DNA of 64,000 nucleotides, taken from the NCBI GenBank assembly GCA_964216615.1, contig CAXPFQ010000043.1:10496-74495 (forward strand). Direction: 5' to 3'. Under the pieces are notes generated by a model. The model was not told where the DNA came from. It made no database searches and was given only the letters and a program-made list of their open reading frames with translations. Shown in pieces: positions 50,875 through 60,143 of the stretch (its first letter is position 1; the number at the start of each line of letters is the position of its first letter). The position numbers and the translations under genes are program-made. This DNA is from Schleiferiaceae bacterium (GTDB lineage Bacteria; Bacteroidota; Bacteroidia; Flavobacteriales; Schleiferiaceae).

Positions 50875-51791
50875 TCGTCCTTTGAAATTTTAAACAAGTA
50901 TGCTTTTTCTTCTTTACTCAAGCTGTCGTATCCATTTTCTTTAATCTTATCCAGGATGGCATCCATTTTAGAGGTGTCCATGGTTGAGGAGGTCGATTTT
51001 TTTCTTTTCACCTCTTCATAAGGCGTATAGTTACGCTCACCGAACTTAAAGCCTTTCTTTTTGCCGCCCCTTCTATACAGTAGGCTTCTTACTGCATCAA
51101 TGATCTGAAATAAATATACATTCCATTCATGGCCATTTCGCATACTGCGAATAAAGAAATAAGCCACCACAGCACCTCCTAAGTGTGCAAAATGATTGAA
51201 AGAATTACCATTTGAAACTGTCAGTGACAAAAAATCATACACCACAAAAACCGCAGCAATGACCCAATATTTTATTTCGAATACTCCCCATAACCTTACA
51301 GGCATATCAGGTAAGTAGAGTGCGCTGGCCACTAGAATAGAAATTGCCCCTGCACTGGCTCCATGAAAATGATTATTCCAAACAGGAATGGAATCTGGAC
51401 TAGAATCGTTGAAAATTGGATAGAGTGAAATAAATAGAATTGCGCTGAAGAGACTGCTGTATATGTACAGTGCTAATAATCTCTTTTGCCCAAGGTATTC
51501 CATGAACATGCGGCCTGCAAAGTACAGAATGATCATATTCTGAATGAAATGACCAAAATGAAAATGCGTGAACATGAATGTCAAAACCGTCCAAGGCTTG
51601 AAAACAAGATTCCATGGATCAGCCGAAAGAGCAATGTATTTGGCGGCTAAATCTGCAGATTCAGGTATAAGACCTAAGATAAACCTATAAATACCATAGA
51701 AAATAAGAAATGCTGTATTTAGATACAGCAACCTCGTGAGATAGTCCCCTCGAAAAGCATCGTGCCTTATTTTACCTAACAAATCACTCAT
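50871..51791 (-). CDS. Rhomboid-family intramembrane serine protease with a C-terminal soluble extension
   Basis: Catalytic-type HGASAGAIS (GxSxG-like) and HLGGAVVAY. The extension of about 70 aa ends ...DAILDKIKENGYDSLSKEEKAYLFKISKDE. Confidence 0.85.
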   Translation of the reverse strand: MSDLLGKIRHDAFRGDYLTRLLYLNTAFLIFYGIYRFILGLIPESADLAAKYIALSADPWNLVFKPWTVLTFMFTHFHFGHFIQNMIILYFAGRMFMEYLGQKRLLALYIYSSLFSAILFISLYPIFNDSSPDSIPVWNNHFHGASAGAISILVASALYLPDMPVRLWGVFEIKYWVIAAVFVVYDFLSLTVSNGNSFNHFAHLGGAVVAYFFIRSMRNGHEWNVYLFQIIDAVRSLLYRRGGKKKGFKFGERNYTPYEEVKRKKSTSSTMDTSKMDAILDKIKENGYDSLSKEEKAYLFKISKDE

Positions 51792-51810
51792 TTAATTTTA
51801 TTCAGGCTTA

Positions 51811-52593
51811 TTACCTATACCTTTCGCGTCTCCACTTACGAATCAAAATATATCCAAAAAGCATTCCCCCCAGGTGGGCGAAATGAGCTATGCCACTATT
51901 ACTTACCATAAATCCATTGTAAAGCTCGAATAACCCATAACCGATTACAAAATATTTCGCCTTGATGGGAAATAGGAAATTTAGATAGATGAGTTGATTT
52001 GGAAAGGTCATTCCGAAAGCCAAGAGTACACCAAAAACAGCCCCGGAGGCACCTACCATTGGAGTTTTGAATAAATTGATTAATTGAAAATCTTCAGGCT
52101 GACGTGATTTGTAATATTCTTCTGCAATCATCCAAATATCCTCGATTTTCTTAGCTCCTTGGAATAAGTTCCCCGCCTGAATATCTCCTGAAAGAATGAG
52201 ATTGATGTCCTCACTTGAAAGGTATGAAGAAGTCATATTCATATATTCAATTGCATTTACTCCAATATGAAGCGCACTAGCGCCTAATCCGGTTAACATG
52301 TAGTAAATGAGAAATCGCTTAGGGCCCCAATAATTCTCCATGGCGCTGCCGAGAAACCACAGCATCAACATATTTGAAAATATGTGTCCAAAATTCCCAT
52401 GCATGAACATGTGTGTGATGAGCTGGTGTGGTAAGAAATTTTCCGACAACGGGAAATAAAGGCCTAACCAACGCGTAACATCAACACCATAGGTAGTTTG
52501 GATACTGTACATGCCTAAAAAAAACAAGCCGTTGATAATCAGCAAGTTCTTTACAACAGTGGGCATTAGGTTAAATCTGTTCTGAACAATCAT
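51811..52593 (-). CDS. Rhomboid-family intramembrane serine protease
   Basis: HMFMHGNFGHIFSNM, GASGAVFGVL and AHLGGMLFGY. The start overlaps the mutL stop (ATGA). Confidence 0.9.
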   Translation of the reverse strand: MIVQNRFNLMPTVVKNLLIINGLFFLGMYSIQTTYGVDVTRWLGLYFPLSENFLPHQLITHMFMHGNFGHIFSNMLMLWFLGSAMENYWGPKRFLIYYMLTGLGASALHIGVNAIEYMNMTSSYLSSEDINLILSGDIQAGNLFQGAKKIEDIWMIAEEYYKSRQPEDFQLINLFKTPMVGASGAVFGVLLAFGMTFPNQLIYLNFLFPIKAKYFVIGYGLFELYNGFMVSNSGIAHFAHLGGMLFGYILIRKWRRERYR

Positions 52594-54395
52594 AGCGCTT
52601 TTTCGATATCATCTATGGTCCACTCAGCAATTATTTTTTTGCCGCTTGGAGTGTATTGTGGGTTAGTACTACTCAATAGTTGTTCTCTTAACACATAGAG
52701 TTCCTCTACGGTTCTTATATCCTGGTAAGCTGCGGCATTTTTCGCAATGTTCGTGGCGATAGCCTTGAGTAGTTTGTTTTCGCCAGGTTCCTCTTGTTGG
52801 GTCAAATGTTCGAACAAAGACTCTAAAGTAGGAACAGCTTGTTCGACGTCGAGCATCATTGGGATCCCTTGAATAGTGTACTCGCCTTCGGTCTTGGTAG
52901 GTGCTAAATCAAATCCTGCTATGGCAAATTGTTGTAAATATTCTTGATATAAGGCTCGATCAGCCAAGGATAAACTGATGCTTTTTGGAAACAATACTTG
53001 TTGAGATGGTACAGTGGCATCTTGGAGTTTGGACCAAATTTGGTCATACAATATTCTGAATCGTGCACCTTTTATGTCTATGATTAATGCCTTTTTACCG
53101 AGTGTTGTTATTGCAAATTTTCCCCATCGGATGATTTTCCCACTTACAGGTTCTACAGGTAAAGCGTCTTCGATATGCCATTCCATTGGAGCATCGAAGG
53201 CTTGTTGGCTGTTGAGGTACTTCTCGTTTTTAATGCGTTCATATCGTTGGTCATCCGTTCTTAGACGTGGTGGATGAGATTTAGTGGATTCAAAAGGATT
53301 AAAGTTTGGATTTACCTCGATTTTTGGCTGTTTAGGCAGAGAGCCCTCAGGCAGCGGTGGAACTTTGAAGCTCTGTTCTGCATCAAAATCTATTGCTGGA
53401 GCAACATTAAATTGCCCAATAGCATGGCGTGCAGCACTGCGCAGAATTGCGTATATGGTGCGCTCGTCCTCAAATTTGACCTCAGTTTTGGTTGGATGAA
53501 TATTCACATCAATACTTTTGGGATCAACTTGAAGGTTTAAGAAGTAACCCGGATGATGCTCGGCCGTTAACACCTCCTCAAATGCTTCTCTAAGGGCATT
53601 ATGTAAGTAAGGAGATTTGATGAATCTATCATTGACAAAGAAGAACTGTTCTCCGCGCTTCTTTTTAGCAAATTCAGGCTTTAGAATGAAACCACTGACC
53701 TTCACTACTTCTGTTTCTTCGTCAATAGGGACCAGTCGTTCATCGTATTTGCGTCCGAAGATTCCGTTAATTCTTCGGCGCAACGGTTCAGGTTTAAGAT
53801 GAAACAGCGTGTTACCGTCACTTTTCATGATCCACTCTATAGAAGTGTGGACCAAGGCGACTCGGTGGAATTCATCGACGCAATGACGGAGTTCGATGCG
53901 ATCGTTTTTCAGGAATTTCCGACGTGCGGGAACGTTGTAAAATAGGTTTTTCACGGCCACATGGGTTCCCTTAGCACAGGGATATGGGTTCTTAGCCACA
54001 ATGCTTCCTCCTTCTAATTTAATCTCTAGCCCTAGGCTTTCATTTGCTGTGTTGGAACGCAGGAGAGTATGTGAAACGGCAGCAATGGAGGCCATGGCTT
54101 CCCCACGGAATCCTCTGGTATGCAGATTGAAAAGGTCTTCGGCGATTTTGATCTTACTTGTTGCGTGGCGTAAAAAACAACGTTCAGTATCTTCCTTGCT
54201 CATACCACACCCGTCATCAGTCACAGATATTAGGGTGCGTCCTGATGCTTCTAGTTGAAGGGTGATTTTTGTGGCACCAGCGTCTATACTGTTTTCGAGT
54301 AATTCTTTAACCACTGAGGCAGGGCGTTGAACAACTTCCCCTGCGGCGATTTGATTAGCCACATGGTCTGATAAAACAGCAATTATTGAACTCAT
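52590..54395 (-). CDS. mutL: DNA mismatch repair protein MutL
   Basis: GHKL ATPase N-terminus IAAGEVVQRPASVVKELLENSIDAGA, plus DDGCGM and RGFRGEA. Confidence 0.95.
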   Translation of the reverse strand: MSSIIAVLSDHVANQIAAGEVVQRPASVVKELLENSIDAGATKITLQLEASGRTLISVTDDGCGMSKEDTERCFLRHATSKIKIAEDLFNLHTRGFRGEAMASIAAVSHTLLRSNTANESLGLEIKLEGGSIVAKNPYPCAKGTHVAVKNLFYNVPARRKFLKNDRIELRHCVDEFHRVALVHTSIEWIMKSDGNTLFHLKPEPLRRRINGIFGRKYDERLVPIDEETEVVKVSGFILKPEFAKKKRGEQFFFVNDRFIKSPYLHNALREAFEEVLTAEHHPGYFLNLQVDPKSIDVNIHPTKTEVKFEDERTIYAILRSAARHAIGQFNVAPAIDFDAEQSFKVPPLPEGSLPKQPKIEVNPNFNPFESTKSHPPRLRTDDQRYERIKNEKYLNSQQAFDAPMEWHIEDALPVEPVSGKIIRWGKFAITTLGKKALIIDIKGARFRILYDQIWSKLQDATVPSQQVLFPKSISLSLADRALYQEYLQQFAIAGFDLAPTKTEGEYTIQGIPMMLDVEQAVPTLESLFEHLTQQEEPGENKLLKAIATNIAKNAAAYQDIRTVEELYVLREQLLSSTNPQYTPSGKKIIAEWTIDDIEKAL

Positions 54396-54667
54396 CCTAA
54401 GTAATATACTGCAAGGGCCAGAAGCACAGTGAGCGCTAAAAAGCTAATTACTAGGCGTCTTGCAAATCCTTCACTTGCACCAGCACTCCGTTTTCTACGC
54501 AAGTCCCAATTCTCTCTAATACGATCGCGGTATTTCTCTTTGTTTTGAAAGGGAATTTCGTCGATGCGCTCATTTCTTTCTAAGATACGAAGTCGTTCTT
54601 GTCGCTCATCATGAAATCTTGGTTGGTGTTGAAAACCACGAGGTTTGCGTCGTTCAAAGAATCCCAT
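54392..54667 (-). CDS. Small tail-anchored membrane protein, function unknown
   Basis: 91 aa with an Arg/Glu-rich N-terminal part and a C-terminal TM helix (LVISFLALTVLLALAVYYL). The stop overlaps the mutL ATG (ATGA). Confidence 0.55.
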   Translation of the reverse strand: MGFFERRKPRGFQHQPRFHDERQERLRILERNERIDEIPFQNKEKYRDRIRENWDLRRKRSAGASEGFARRLVISFLALTVLLALAVYYLG

Positions 54668-54721
54668 ATCTTTCTATATTCTACTCTCAAAGGTAAGAAC
54701 CCCTAAGCACATTATCTACCT

Positions 54722-57628
54722 ATGCAAGCACGCTTTCTCACATCTGCTATTACCGTCCTATTGTTCGCTTTGTTAACGGGTAAAGGGCTTAATGCACAAT
54801 CATTTAATGTCGACTCCGCGTTGTCCGCAATGTCTATAGATGAGAAAATTGGGCAATTATTCATGGTCGCTGCATACAGCAACAAAGGTGAAGCCCATCA
54901 AGGGGAATTAGAAAAATTGGTCCGCGATTACCACATTGGAGGTGTTATCGTGATGCAAGGCGGACCTGAACGTCAAACGAAACTGCTGCATCGTCTTCAA
55001 AGTGCGGCGTCCTCTCCCTTGCTCGTAGGGCAAGATGCGGAATGGGGACAGGCCATGCGCTTGGATAGCACTTATAAGTTCCCAACCTCACTTACCGTTG
55101 GTGCAGCCGGCGGAACGATGGATGCCTATGATTTGGGACATGTATTAGCAGATGAATGTAATGCCGTTGGCGTACATATGAGTTTCTCACCAGTGCTCGA
55201 CGTCAATACGAATTCAAACAATCCTATTATTGGCGCGCGATCCTTTGGTTCTGATCCAGATTTAGTTAATGCGATGGGGACAGCTGTAATCAAAGGGATT
55301 CAAGAGAATGGCGTGCTCGCTTGTGGAAAGCATTTTCCAGGCCACGGCGATACCCATCAGGACAGCCATAAAACCTTGCCGAAAGTTGACCGCACCCTCA
55401 GTGAACTTATGGAGGTAGAGTGGGTTCCGTTTAAGGGGGCTGTTGATGCGGGTGTTGGGGCTATTATGATTGCCCATTTGAATATCCCTTCCCTAGAGCC
55501 CTCTGGAAAACCCACGAGTCTTTCACGCAAGGTCATACAAGAGATTTTAAGAGATCAATGGGGATATGAAGGCCTCATTATTACCGACGCGTTGAACATG
55601 AAGGGCGCTGCGGCCTTTGCGCCTCCAGGGGAACTTGAGTTGGCAGCATTTGCCGCGGGTAATGATATTTTACTCTTTCCCATGGACGTGCCAAAGGCCA
55701 CCAAAGCCTTCCAAGATGCCTTAGCCACGGATAAAATTTCTATCCAATCCTTGGACGAGCGCGTGCGTAGAATCTTGATGGCAAAATCAAATTGCAGGGC
55801 GTATGCGGATTGGCTCGAGGCTCAAAAGTCGGCTGATCCAACATTACTAACCTTAGACCACGGTTCGATTGAAAGAGAAGATTTGAACCAAAGAGTGTCG
55901 TTCAACCTCATTCGAAATGCGGCGACATTGTTAGAGCGTGGCACGGCTACATTCCCCATAAAAAATGTCGAGCAAAACTTCTTGCACATTGCTTTGGGTG
56001 ATTTCGAATCGGCCACAACGGTGAAAGAATATTTGGATAGGTATGTAGGTATGTCTCACCATCACGGTGTTGATGTGGATGATGGTGAAATGGCATATCA
56101 AGATGCCTTCGTGGTGACCTTTCATCAAAATACAAAGAATCCATGGCGCCGCTATAAACTCGAAGCTTATGAGAATGAGCTACTGGAGCGATTGGCTGCC
56201 ACCGGTAAGCCCACTTACATTGTGCATTTTGCCAATCCCTATGGGGTGTTGACCTACCCCAATCTGGGACAAAATGTTCGAGTGTTGATCATGTATGAGA
56301 ACGATGAATATGCCCAACTATTGGCGCCTCAGTTCTTGTTTGGTGCCCGCGAGACCAAGGGTTCCTTGCCCGTGGATTTGAACCAGTGGGGGAAGGCCGG
56401 TGATGGCGTACGAACTGAGGAATTGATGCGTTTAAAGTACGGCATCCCTTTCGAAGTAGGCCTTGATTCGGGGCCTTTAAACCGTATCGATTCTACTGTA
56501 GAGCACGCAATCGCTGTTGGTGCTACCCCTGGTGCCCAGGTCTTAGTAGCTCGACACGGCATGGTGATCTATGATAAATCTTTTGGATGGCACACCTATG
56601 ATGAAATTAATCCAGTCCGTTGGACGGATCTTTATGATATCGCCTCTGTAACTAAAATCACGGCTACCTTACCAGGAATAATGAAGTGGTATGAGAAACA
56701 ACCGCTGCTTTTAGAAACAACCTTAGGAAATCATACCCGACGATTAGATGGTTCTGGAAAAGAGCACCTCGTATTTGAAGATGTTCTGGCCCATCAAAGT
56801 GGTCTGCCTGCTTGGATTCCTTTTTACACAAAAACCATAAGCAACGACAGTACTAAGCATTACTGGTATAGTGATGCATTCAAATCTGGATTTACGAGAA
56901 TTCAAGAAGGCATGTTCATCCGGGAGTCAATCCAAGACACCATGTTTTCTATCCTGGCAAATAGTGAGATGAAAGCGGCCGAATATCGTTATTCAGACTT
57001 AGGTTACTATTTATTTCAAGAAATGCTTGAGGATAGGTTTAATGAGCCATTAGATTTATGGCTAACAAATACTTTTTATTCTTCTCTTGGAGCAACCAGA
57101 CTTACCTACAATCCGCTTGAAAAAGGATTTGAATTGAAAGACATAGTCCCCACTGAGGTCGATAGTTATTGGAGACATGCAACGGTACATGGAAACGTGC
57201 ATGATATGGGGGCAGCCATGATAGGAGGTGTGGCAGGTCATGCGGGTTTATTTACCAATGCAAATGATTTAGCTAAAATGATGCAGATGTACTTGAACGG
57301 AGGTTACTACGGCGGTATTCGATATTTACAAACAAGTACCATCGAGAAATTCAGTGATTGCGCATTTTGTGAATTGGGTAATCGCAGGGGCTTAGGGTTC
57401 GACAAGAGACAACTCGAAGATGGTCCAGGTCCAAGTTGTACTTGTGTTTCAGAACTGAGTTTTGGCCATACTGGATTCACGGGAACGATGGTTTGGATGG
57501 ATCCAAAAGAGGAGTTGTTATATATCTTTTTGAGTAATCGTACGTATCCGGACGCAGAGAATTGGAAACTCAGTACCTTAGACGTCCGAACAAATATTCA
57601 AGGTTATCTTTATGATGCTTTGAAATAA
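54722..57628 (+). CDS. Fusion protein: GH3 beta-N-acetylhexosaminidase (NagZ-like) N-terminal half plus serine beta-lactamase/PBP-fold C-terminal half
   Basis: GH3 motifs GQLFMV and KHFPGHGDTHQDSH. The beta-lactamase fold shows SxxK (ASVTK), YSD and HTG (FGHTGFTG). A signal peptide is present. Confidence 0.9.
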   Translation: MQARFLTSAITVLLFALLTGKGLNAQSFNVDSALSAMSIDEKIGQLFMVAAYSNKGEAHQGELEKLVRDYHIGGVIVMQGGPERQTKLLHRLQSAASSPLLVGQDAEWGQAMRLDSTYKFPTSLTVGAAGGTMDAYDLGHVLADECNAVGVHMSFSPVLDVNTNSNNPIIGARSFGSDPDLVNAMGTAVIKGIQENGVLACGKHFPGHGDTHQDSHKTLPKVDRTLSELMEVEWVPFKGAVDAGVGAIMIAHLNIPSLEPSGKPTSLSRKVIQEILRDQWGYEGLIITDALNMKGAAAFAPPGELELAAFAAGNDILLFPMDVPKATKAFQDALATDKISIQSLDERVRRILMAKSNCRAYADWLEAQKSADPTLLTLDHGSIEREDLNQRVSFNLIRNAATLLERGTATFPIKNVEQNFLHIALGDFESATTVKEYLDRYVGMSHHHGVDVDDGEMAYQDAFVVTFHQNTKNPWRRYKLEAYENELLERLAATGKPTYIVHFANPYGVLTYPNLGQNVRVLIMYENDEYAQLLAPQFLFGARETKGSLPVDLNQWGKAGDGVRTEELMRLKYGIPFEVGLDSGPLNRIDSTVEHAIAVGATPGAQVLVARHGMVIYDKSFGWHTYDEINPVRWTDLYDIASVTKITATLPGIMKWYEKQPLLLETTLGNHTRRLDGSGKEHLVFEDVLAHQSGLPAWIPFYTKTISNDSTKHYWYSDAFKSGFTRIQEGMFIRESIQDTMFSILANSEMKAAEYRYSDLGYYLFQEMLEDRFNEPLDLWLTNTFYSSLGATRLTYNPLEKGFELKDIVPTEVDSYWRHATVHGNVHDMGAAMIGGVAGHAGLFTNANDLAKMMQMYLNGGYYGGIRYLQTSTIEKFSDCAFCELGNRRGLGFDKRQLEDGPGPSCTCVSELSFGHTGFTGTMVWMDPKEELLYIFLSNRTYPDAENWKLSTLDVRTNIQGYLYDALK

Positions 57629-57641
57629 CTCCCTAGCTTCA

Positions 57642-58772
57642 ATGAAAATCGGTGTAGTATGTTATCCTACCTATGGTGGGTCCGGCGTAGTTGCGACAGA
57701 ATTAGGTATTCAAATGGCCAAGAAAGGACATGAAGTTCATTTCATAACCTACAGTCAGCCGGTACGCCTAGATACACTTGAGCAAAACATATTCTATCAT
57801 GAGGTCAATGTTCATGACTATCCACTGTTCGAATACCAGCCTTATGAACTTGCACTAAGCTCTAAAATGGTGGATACCGTGATCAATGAGGGATTGGATA
57901 TTCTGCATGTTCATTACGCTATTCCACATGCTTATGCTGCATACATGGCGAAAAAAATCCTACTGGACGAACACAATAAGTACGTGCCCATAGTTACAAC
58001 TCTTCATGGCACAGATATTACCTTGGTAGGAAAGAATCCGTCCTATAAACCTGCAGTAAATTTCAGCATTAATAAAAGCGATGTCGTTACTTGTGTGAGT
58101 GAGAGCTTAAAACGGGATACCCTTGAATCCTTTGAAATAAAAAAAGAGGTTGAAGTCATCCCAAATTTTATTGATATCGAACTGTATCGCGGCGATAAAA
58201 ATTGTAGAAGAGCGCAGATTGCGCCGAATGGAGAAAGAATTATCACGCATATTTCCAACATGCGTAAGGTGAAGCGTATTCAAGATGTAATCAGTGTATT
58301 TGCAGGCATTCGTGCGCAAGTTAACGCGGTATTGTTGATGATCGGCGACGGTCCAGAAAGGGAAAAAGCAGAACAACAAGTTCGCGAACTTGGCCTCACA
58401 GACGCCGTGAAATTCTTTGGTAAGACTAATGAGGTTCGCCGATTACTCTGTATGAGTGATCTCTTTTTGCTTACTTCAGAATCGGAGAGCTTTGGTCTTG
58501 TGGCGCTCGAGGCTATGGCGGCAAGAGTTCCGGTGCTTTCAACTAATTCAGGCGGTATTCCAGAGGTAAACGTACATGGAGAAACTGGCTATTTATCACC
58601 GGTAGGTGATATAACATCTATGGTAGCACATGGCATCGAGATTTTAAATGATCCCGAAAAACTGATGGTTTTTAAAACAAATGCATTCGAACGAGCGAAG
58701 GAATTCGGCATAGAATCTATTGTGCCAAAGTACGAGTTGGCCTATGAACGTGCTTTAGCACAAAGATTCTGA
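57642..58772 (+). CDS. bshA: N-acetyl-alpha-D-glucosaminyl L-malate synthase (bacillithiol biosynthesis glycosyltransferase)
   Basis: The MKIGVVCYPTYGGSGVVATELGIQMAKKGHEVHFIT start and the later TLHGTD and ESFGLVALEAMA segments are typical of BshA. Confidence 0.8.
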   Translation: MKIGVVCYPTYGGSGVVATELGIQMAKKGHEVHFITYSQPVRLDTLEQNIFYHEVNVHDYPLFEYQPYELALSSKMVDTVINEGLDILHVHYAIPHAYAAYMAKKILLDEHNKYVPIVTTLHGTDITLVGKNPSYKPAVNFSINKSDVVTCVSESLKRDTLESFEIKKEVEVIPNFIDIELYRGDKNCRRAQIAPNGERIITHISNMRKVKRIQDVISVFAGIRAQVNAVLLMIGDGPEREKAEQQVRELGLTDAVKFFGKTNEVRRLLCMSDLFLLTSESESFGLVALEAMAARVPVLSTNSGGIPEVNVHGETGYLSPVGDITSMVAHGIEILNDPEKLMVFKTNAFERAKEFGIESIVPKYELAYERALAQRF

Positions 58773-58844
58773 GTCTCATAAGAGACACGATTCATCCAAA
58801 GCACACTTCGCTTCGAACGGAATAAATTAAGTATAAATACGCAT

Positions 58845-59204
58845 TTATCCGCCTATTCTTTTGGTGGAATATCCCAATAAATTTAGCTTATCCATGGCCT
58901 TGTCGCGCACATTGCCTTGGAGTAAAATTTGGCCGTTTTTTGCCGATCCGCCTACACCGCAGTGTTGTCTTAAGACTTTTGCTAAGTCTTTGAGTTTTTC
59001 TTCGGGTCCATCAAATCCCTTGATAATAACCACTTGCTTTCCGCCCCTGCCTTTCTTTTCGAAATGACAATAAAGCAATTGTTCCGATGGATCTGCTGAC
59101 CATTCGGTTTCATCTGTAGGTGGTTCGAAATCTGGATTTGTACTAAAAACAAAGCCTCCTAATTCCTCTAAATTGATTTTCTTTGGTTTATCCTTTTTGC
59201 CCAT
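58845..59204 (-). CDS. SUI1/YciH-family translation initiation factor-like protein
   Basis: 119 aa containing GRGGKQVVIIKGF...LAKVLRQHCGVGGSAKNGQILLQGNVRDK. Confidence 0.85.
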   Translation of the reverse strand: MGKKDKPKKINLEELGGFVFSTNPDFEPPTDETEWSADPSEQLLYCHFEKKGRGGKQVVIIKGFDGPEEKLKDLAKVLRQHCGVGGSAKNGQILLQGNVRDKAMDKLNLLGYSTKRIGG

Positions 59205-59206
59205 TT

Positions 59207-59995
59207 ATGAAAGATTTAATCACAAGCCCCTCGAATCCAAAAGTAAAGGAGATTGTCCAATTATTGACAAAGGCCCGAGCGCGCAAGAAGAGCGGTTTAT
59301 GCCTAGTCGAGGGTTCTCGTGAGATTCAGCGCGCCCTAGCTGCAGGCTGGGATGGGCTAGAATTATGGTCGAAACAAGATCTTACACCATCCCGCTGGAT
59401 GGATTCCTTCGAGCGACATTATATCGCCGGCTCTAAAGTCTTTGAAAAAATTGCTTATCGAAATAGCACCGAGGCTCACGTTGCGGTATTTAAACAGCGC
59501 CATTGGGAAATGGATGAACTGGGTGCAACATTAAGTAAGGCACAAGGTGTTTTAGTGGTAGAGGGTATAGAAAAACCGGGGAATGCGGGGGCTATTCTTC
59601 GCACCGCAAAGGCTGCGGGAATGGCGGCTGTTTTTTTTACGGAGGCGGCTCTAGACCTTTACGGCCCTAATGTAATGAGAAATGCCACCGGTGCTATTTT
59701 TGAGGTGCCTACTGTTTTATGTAAAAGTCATGAGGTACAAGCGTTGCTTAAGCAGCATGGCTTTCAGATTTATATAACGCACATGCATACAGATTCAGTT
59801 TCCATGTTTGATATACATTGGCCTGAAAAGTCTGCCATTGTCCTTGGTGCAGAAAGCGACGGTTTAAGCTCCAACTGGCTAGATCAAGGTTATGTCAATA
59901 CCATTATTCCAATGGAAAGTGAAGTTGTAGATAGCTTGAATGTGAGTGTGGCAGCGGCTATTTTAATGTACCACTGGAAGTCGAACCGAGGCTAA
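59207..59995 (+). CDS. TrmH/SpoU-family RNA 2'-O-methyltransferase
   Basis: EGIEKPGNAGAILRTA, VLGAESDGLS and IPMESEVVDSLNVSVAAAILMY. The ATG at 59207 is preferred over the ORF-track start at 59183. Confidence 0.85.
   Translation: MKDLITSPSNPKVKEIVQLLTKARARKKSGLCLVEGSREIQRALAAGWDGLELWSKQDLTPSRWMDSFERHYIAGSKVFEKIAYRNSTEAHVAVFKQRHWEMDELGATLSKAQGVLVVEGIEKPGNAGAILRTAKAAGMAAVFFTEAALDLYGPNVMRNATGAIFEVPTVLCKSHEVQALLKQHGFQIYITHMHTDSVSMFDIHWPEKSAIVLGAESDGLSSNWLDQGYVNTIIPMESEVVDSLNVSVAAAILMYHWKSNRG
59238..59245 (-). promoter_or_regulatory. -7 promoter box (TACTTTTG on the minus strand) for the SUI1-like gene, located inside the TrmH-family CDS
   Basis: Exact TAnnTTTG match, 34 nt upstream of the minus-strand ATG at 59204. 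Confidence 0.35.
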
Positions 59996-59999
59996 AGAA

Positions 60000-60024
60000 G
60001 TACGGCTCGCAGAGCGAGCCGTAC
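60000..60024. terminator. 10-bp GC-rich hairpin between the convergent trmH-family and uvrA genes
   Basis: GTACGGCTCG-CAGAG-CGAGCCGTAC. There is only a weak T tract (TTCTTT) on the minus strand and none on the plus strand. Confidence 0.45.
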
Positions 60025-60143
60025 ACCAAACCAATAAACCTAAGCTACCCAAAAAGGTAGGCTGTAAAGATAAGGACGATTTTTGAATAAAATCTTCGTA
60101 AATACTCAGAATAGACTCGAAAACCTACTTTAAGTATTAAATA

